Part shown: positions 13,453 to 15,701 of the stretch, one piece after another
How positions within the stretch are numbered: position 1 is the stretch's first letter
How the letters are laid out: each line of letters opens with the position of its first letter
Assembly (NCBI RefSeq): GCF_049969415.1
Contig: NZ_JBMFOX010000026.1
Coordinates: forward strand, 1 to 15,701
DNA from: Candidatus Hadarchaeum sp.
GTDB lineage: Archaea; Hadarchaeota; Hadarchaeia; Hadarchaeales; Hadarchaeaceae
Length of the DNA stretch: 15,701 bases
Direction of reading: 5' to 3'
Notes under the pieces: generated by a model
What the model saw: the letters and a program-made list of their open reading frames with translations, nothing else
The model's database searches: none
What the model was told of the DNA's origin: nothing
Program-made: the position numbers and the translations under genes

Positions 13453-15378
13453 TCAATATGGAAGTTTGCCCAGCTTTTCCAGCTCATCGGCCACGTAATC
13501 TAAGCCTAGTTCTGCCAGTTTCTTCCTCGGGATAAGTCCTGTTCTCTGGTCCCATCCTCTTAAATAGTAGTATTCCTCCAGCATCTTGTCCAGTTCCACA
13601 ACGTGTCCTTTGTTTACCCCTTCGGGTGCCGGTGTTTTTGTAAATCTGTCGGGCAGGGTGTCGTCCTTTTTGTTCAGCCCCTCCCGGATATTGAAGGCCC
13701 TTTGGAGGTTAACTATCCTCTCGCCGGCTCTTCTCAAATCGTTCCCGGTTACCTTCATGCCCGTGGCCAGCCGCAAAATCTTGGCCATGTCCTCGAAATA
13801 GATCTGTCCGGTGTAAAGCGGCAGGCAGGTGCCGGAACTTTTGCAAAGCGATAGGCTGTCGCAGAGGACGCAGAGTTCTTCGCCATCCTTTACCTCGTAG
13901 GCCTTGTACTTGGGGCTCAGCGGTTGTGCCATCTCGGGAAGATATTCTTCACCGAACCGCGCTTTGATTGGCTCCTCCCTGCCGACCTCGTCCAATAACG
14001 GGAAGGCCTTGAGGTGGTCGGCACCGCGGCTGGCGACCGCTTGGGCCAGCCCCATGGATTTCTGGGCCCTGCCGTCTTGGGCCGGGATTTCCATTTTTTT
14101 CACAGTCATCAGATATTTTTCCGAACCCCGACCGATTAATTGCGCCGCCCGATAGCTGCCTTCAGCCAATATGGCGCCAAACCCTTCCCTCCGGGCAATT
14201 TTAGGAATCAAGTTTAACAACGCCTCGTGGTTGCCCCAGTTCAGCTCAATGCCATCCGTGTCCTGCTTGGTCAGTATGCCCTTCTCGTAGCATTCCATGG
14301 ACCAGGAGATGGTTCCTCCGGTAGAGATAGTGTCTAGGCCCAGCTCATCGCAGAGTTCGTTAGCATAGATAATCGCGTCCAAGTTTTTAATCCACAGTCG
14401 GGCTCCCAACGCCGAAAGGGTCTCGTACTCGGGCTGTTTAGCATAGGTTCCGGCGTAGGGTTGATTTTTAACTCGGACTGGCTTTTCGCAGGTGGCCCAG
14501 CAACCGAAGCCCCCTCGGTCCTTTATCCGGTACTCACTTCTGATCCTTTCTCCGCCTATTTCTTTGGCGAAGGGAAAGACTCCGGTTTGAAAATTCTTTA
14601 CGGGCCACCGAGCGATTTCGTTCATCAGCTCCACGAGAATCGGGGTGCCAAACTTAATCCGGTCAAGGATGTAAAAGTCCTTTTTATAAACTTCGATTAT
14701 CTTTTCCATGAATTCATAAAACGCGCCGGGGTTTTCGGTTTTTACGTCGTTCGTGCCCTTCACCGCCACCGCCTTCAAGTTCTTGGATCCCATCACTGCG
14801 CCTAGGCCGCAACGAGCCGCGGCCCTCCTCTGGCTGATGATTGAGGCATATCTGACCAGATTTTCGCCCGCAGGCCCGCAGCTGGCGACTTGAATTCTGT
14901 GTTCACCGAGGTCCTTTCTAATCATCTCCTCGGTTTCACCAGTGGTTTTGCCCCAGAGGTCGCTAGCGTCCATAATCTTGACGCTGCTGTTGTTAATCCA
15001 AAGATATACTGGCTTGCTGGCCCTGCCTTCAAAGACGATGGCGTCATAACCGGCGAACTTTAATTCCGGGCCCCAGTGTCCGCAGCAGCTGGAATCGCCG
15101 TAGATTCCGGTGAGCGGGGATTTGGCACCGACCTCAAATCTGCAGCTGACCGGCCAGCCGGTGCCGCAGAGAGGACCCACGGCGAAGATAAGCCGGTTTT
15201 TTGGAGACAGTGGGGCAGTCTCCGGGCCGACTTCATCCCACAAAATTTTGGTGATGAAACCCGCGCCACCAAGAAAGTCTTCGGCCAGCTTGGCGTCCAA
15301 AGGCTGTTTGGTGACCACGCCTTCGGTCAGATTTACCCGAATAATCTTCCCGGCATAGGCTTGATATTTAAAGTCCAT
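13453..15378 (-). CDS. aor: Tungsten aldehyde:ferredoxin oxidoreductase (AOR/WOR) family catalytic subunit
   Basis: GKIIRVNL, AKSPLTG, ELKFAGYDAIV.EG, GPAGENLVRYA, R.GLGAVMGSKNLKA, PEYET, DELGLDTIS, IARREG.G..LAEG, DSL.LC, R.FN.REG....DD.LP.RF and YY..RGWD. Confidence 0.95.
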   Translation of the reverse strand: MDFKYQAYAGKIIRVNLTEGVVTKQPLDAKLAEDFLGGAGFITKILWDEVGPETAPLSPKNRLIFAVGPLCGTGWPVSCRFEVGAKSPLTGIYGDSSCCGHWGPELKFAGYDAIVFEGRASKPVYLWINNSSVKIMDASDLWGKTTGETEEMIRKDLGEHRIQVASCGPAGENLVRYASIISQRRAAARCGLGAVMGSKNLKAVAVKGTNDVKTENPGAFYEFMEKIIEVYKKDFYILDRIKFGTPILVELMNEIARWPVKNFQTGVFPFAKEIGGERIRSEYRIKDRGGFGCWATCEKPVRVKNQPYAGTYAKQPEYETLSALGARLWIKNLDAIIYANELCDELGLDTISTGGTISWSMECYEKGILTKQDTDGIELNWGNHEALLNLIPKIARREGFGAILAEGSYRAAQLIGRGSEKYLMTVKKMEIPAQDGRAQKSMGLAQAVASRGADHLKAFPLLDEVGREEPIKARFGEEYLPEMAQPLSPKYKAYEVKDGEELCVLCDSLSLCKSSGTCLPLYTGQIYFEDMAKILRLATGMKVTGNDLRRAGERIVNLQRAFNIREGLNKKDDTLPDRFTKTPAPEGVNKGHVVELDKMLEEYYYLRGWDQRTGLIPRKKLAELGLDYVADELEKLGKLPY

Positions 15379-15700
15379 TTATTTCCTCCATTATCTCCTT
15401 CAATCTTTTCGAGTGTTTCATCCCAATTTCATAGGCGATTTCGTTAGGATCGGCTAATTTCAGTTTTCCCGTAGGGCAGTGTCTCACGCAGTTACCACAT
15501 TGATCGCATTTTATCGCCGTCCTCTTTTCCGGGTGCAGCCAGATGGCGCCGAAGGGACACTCTTGAACGCAGACACCACAGCCGATACATTTTTGATAAT
15601 TGACCGCCCACACCCAGCCCTTTCTCTCGATAGCCTCCACGGGGCAGCTTTGGGCGCAGGGCGCGTTTTCACATTGCCGGCAGACTATCGGACCGTCATA
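15368..15700 (-). CDS. Multi-[4Fe-4S] ferredoxin-like subunit associated with AOR (5' end truncated by the window edge)
   Basis: The frame stays open to the window end: YDGPIVCRQCENAPCAQSCPVEAI...CIGCGVCVQECPFGAI...KCDQC..CVRHCP. Its stop overlaps the AOR start by 11 bp and its 3' end carries the AOR RBS GGAGG. Confidence 0.9.
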   Translation of the reverse strand, partial: YDGPIVCRQCENAPCAQSCPVEAIERKGWVWAVNYQKCIGCGVCVQECPFGAIWLHPEKRTAIKCDQCGNCVRHCPTGKLKLADPNEIAYEIGMKHSKRLKEIMEEINGL

Positions 15701-15701
15701 G

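Noticed and set aside
1-15701. CRISPR arrays, tRNA/rRNA genes, riboswitches, IS elements, and Sec/Pyl read-through
   Set aside because: Intergenic gaps are all under about 140 bp and show no regular repeats or cloverleaf patterns. The TGA and TAG stops fall at the expected ends of complete domains. A covariance-model search was not possible.

Overview
This is a gene-dense window of about 15 CDSs that is probably archaeal. The evidence is BRE/TATA-type promoters, GAGGTG/GTGAT ribosome-binding sites, and a tungsten AOR next to a MoaD/SAMP protein; a Bathyarchaeia-like origin is only a guess. Almost every gene is a C-N-bond hydrolase or an anaerobic metallo-oxidoreductase. The hydrolase-type genes are a cyclase/kynurenine-formamidase-family protein, a Rid protein, two MtaD/SsnA-like amidohydrolases, an Amidohydro_2 protein, an enamidase-like enzyme, a hydantoinase/allantoinase-like enzyme and a divergent ureohydrolase. 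The redox genes are a QueG-like cobalamin/Fe-S protein, an acetylene-hydratase-like Mo/W-bisPGD enzyme with a 4x[4Fe-4S] subunit, an AOR-family enzyme with an Fe-S subunit, MoaD and DUF2284. They sit in at least eight short, alternately oriented transcription units. The main candidate novel system is an anaerobic N-heterocycle or amidine catabolic island in which many enzymes carry substitutions at canonical catalytic or ligand positions. No RNA genes, CRISPR arrays, mobile elements, transporters or regulators were recognised. Family assignments come from remembered motifs, not database searches.
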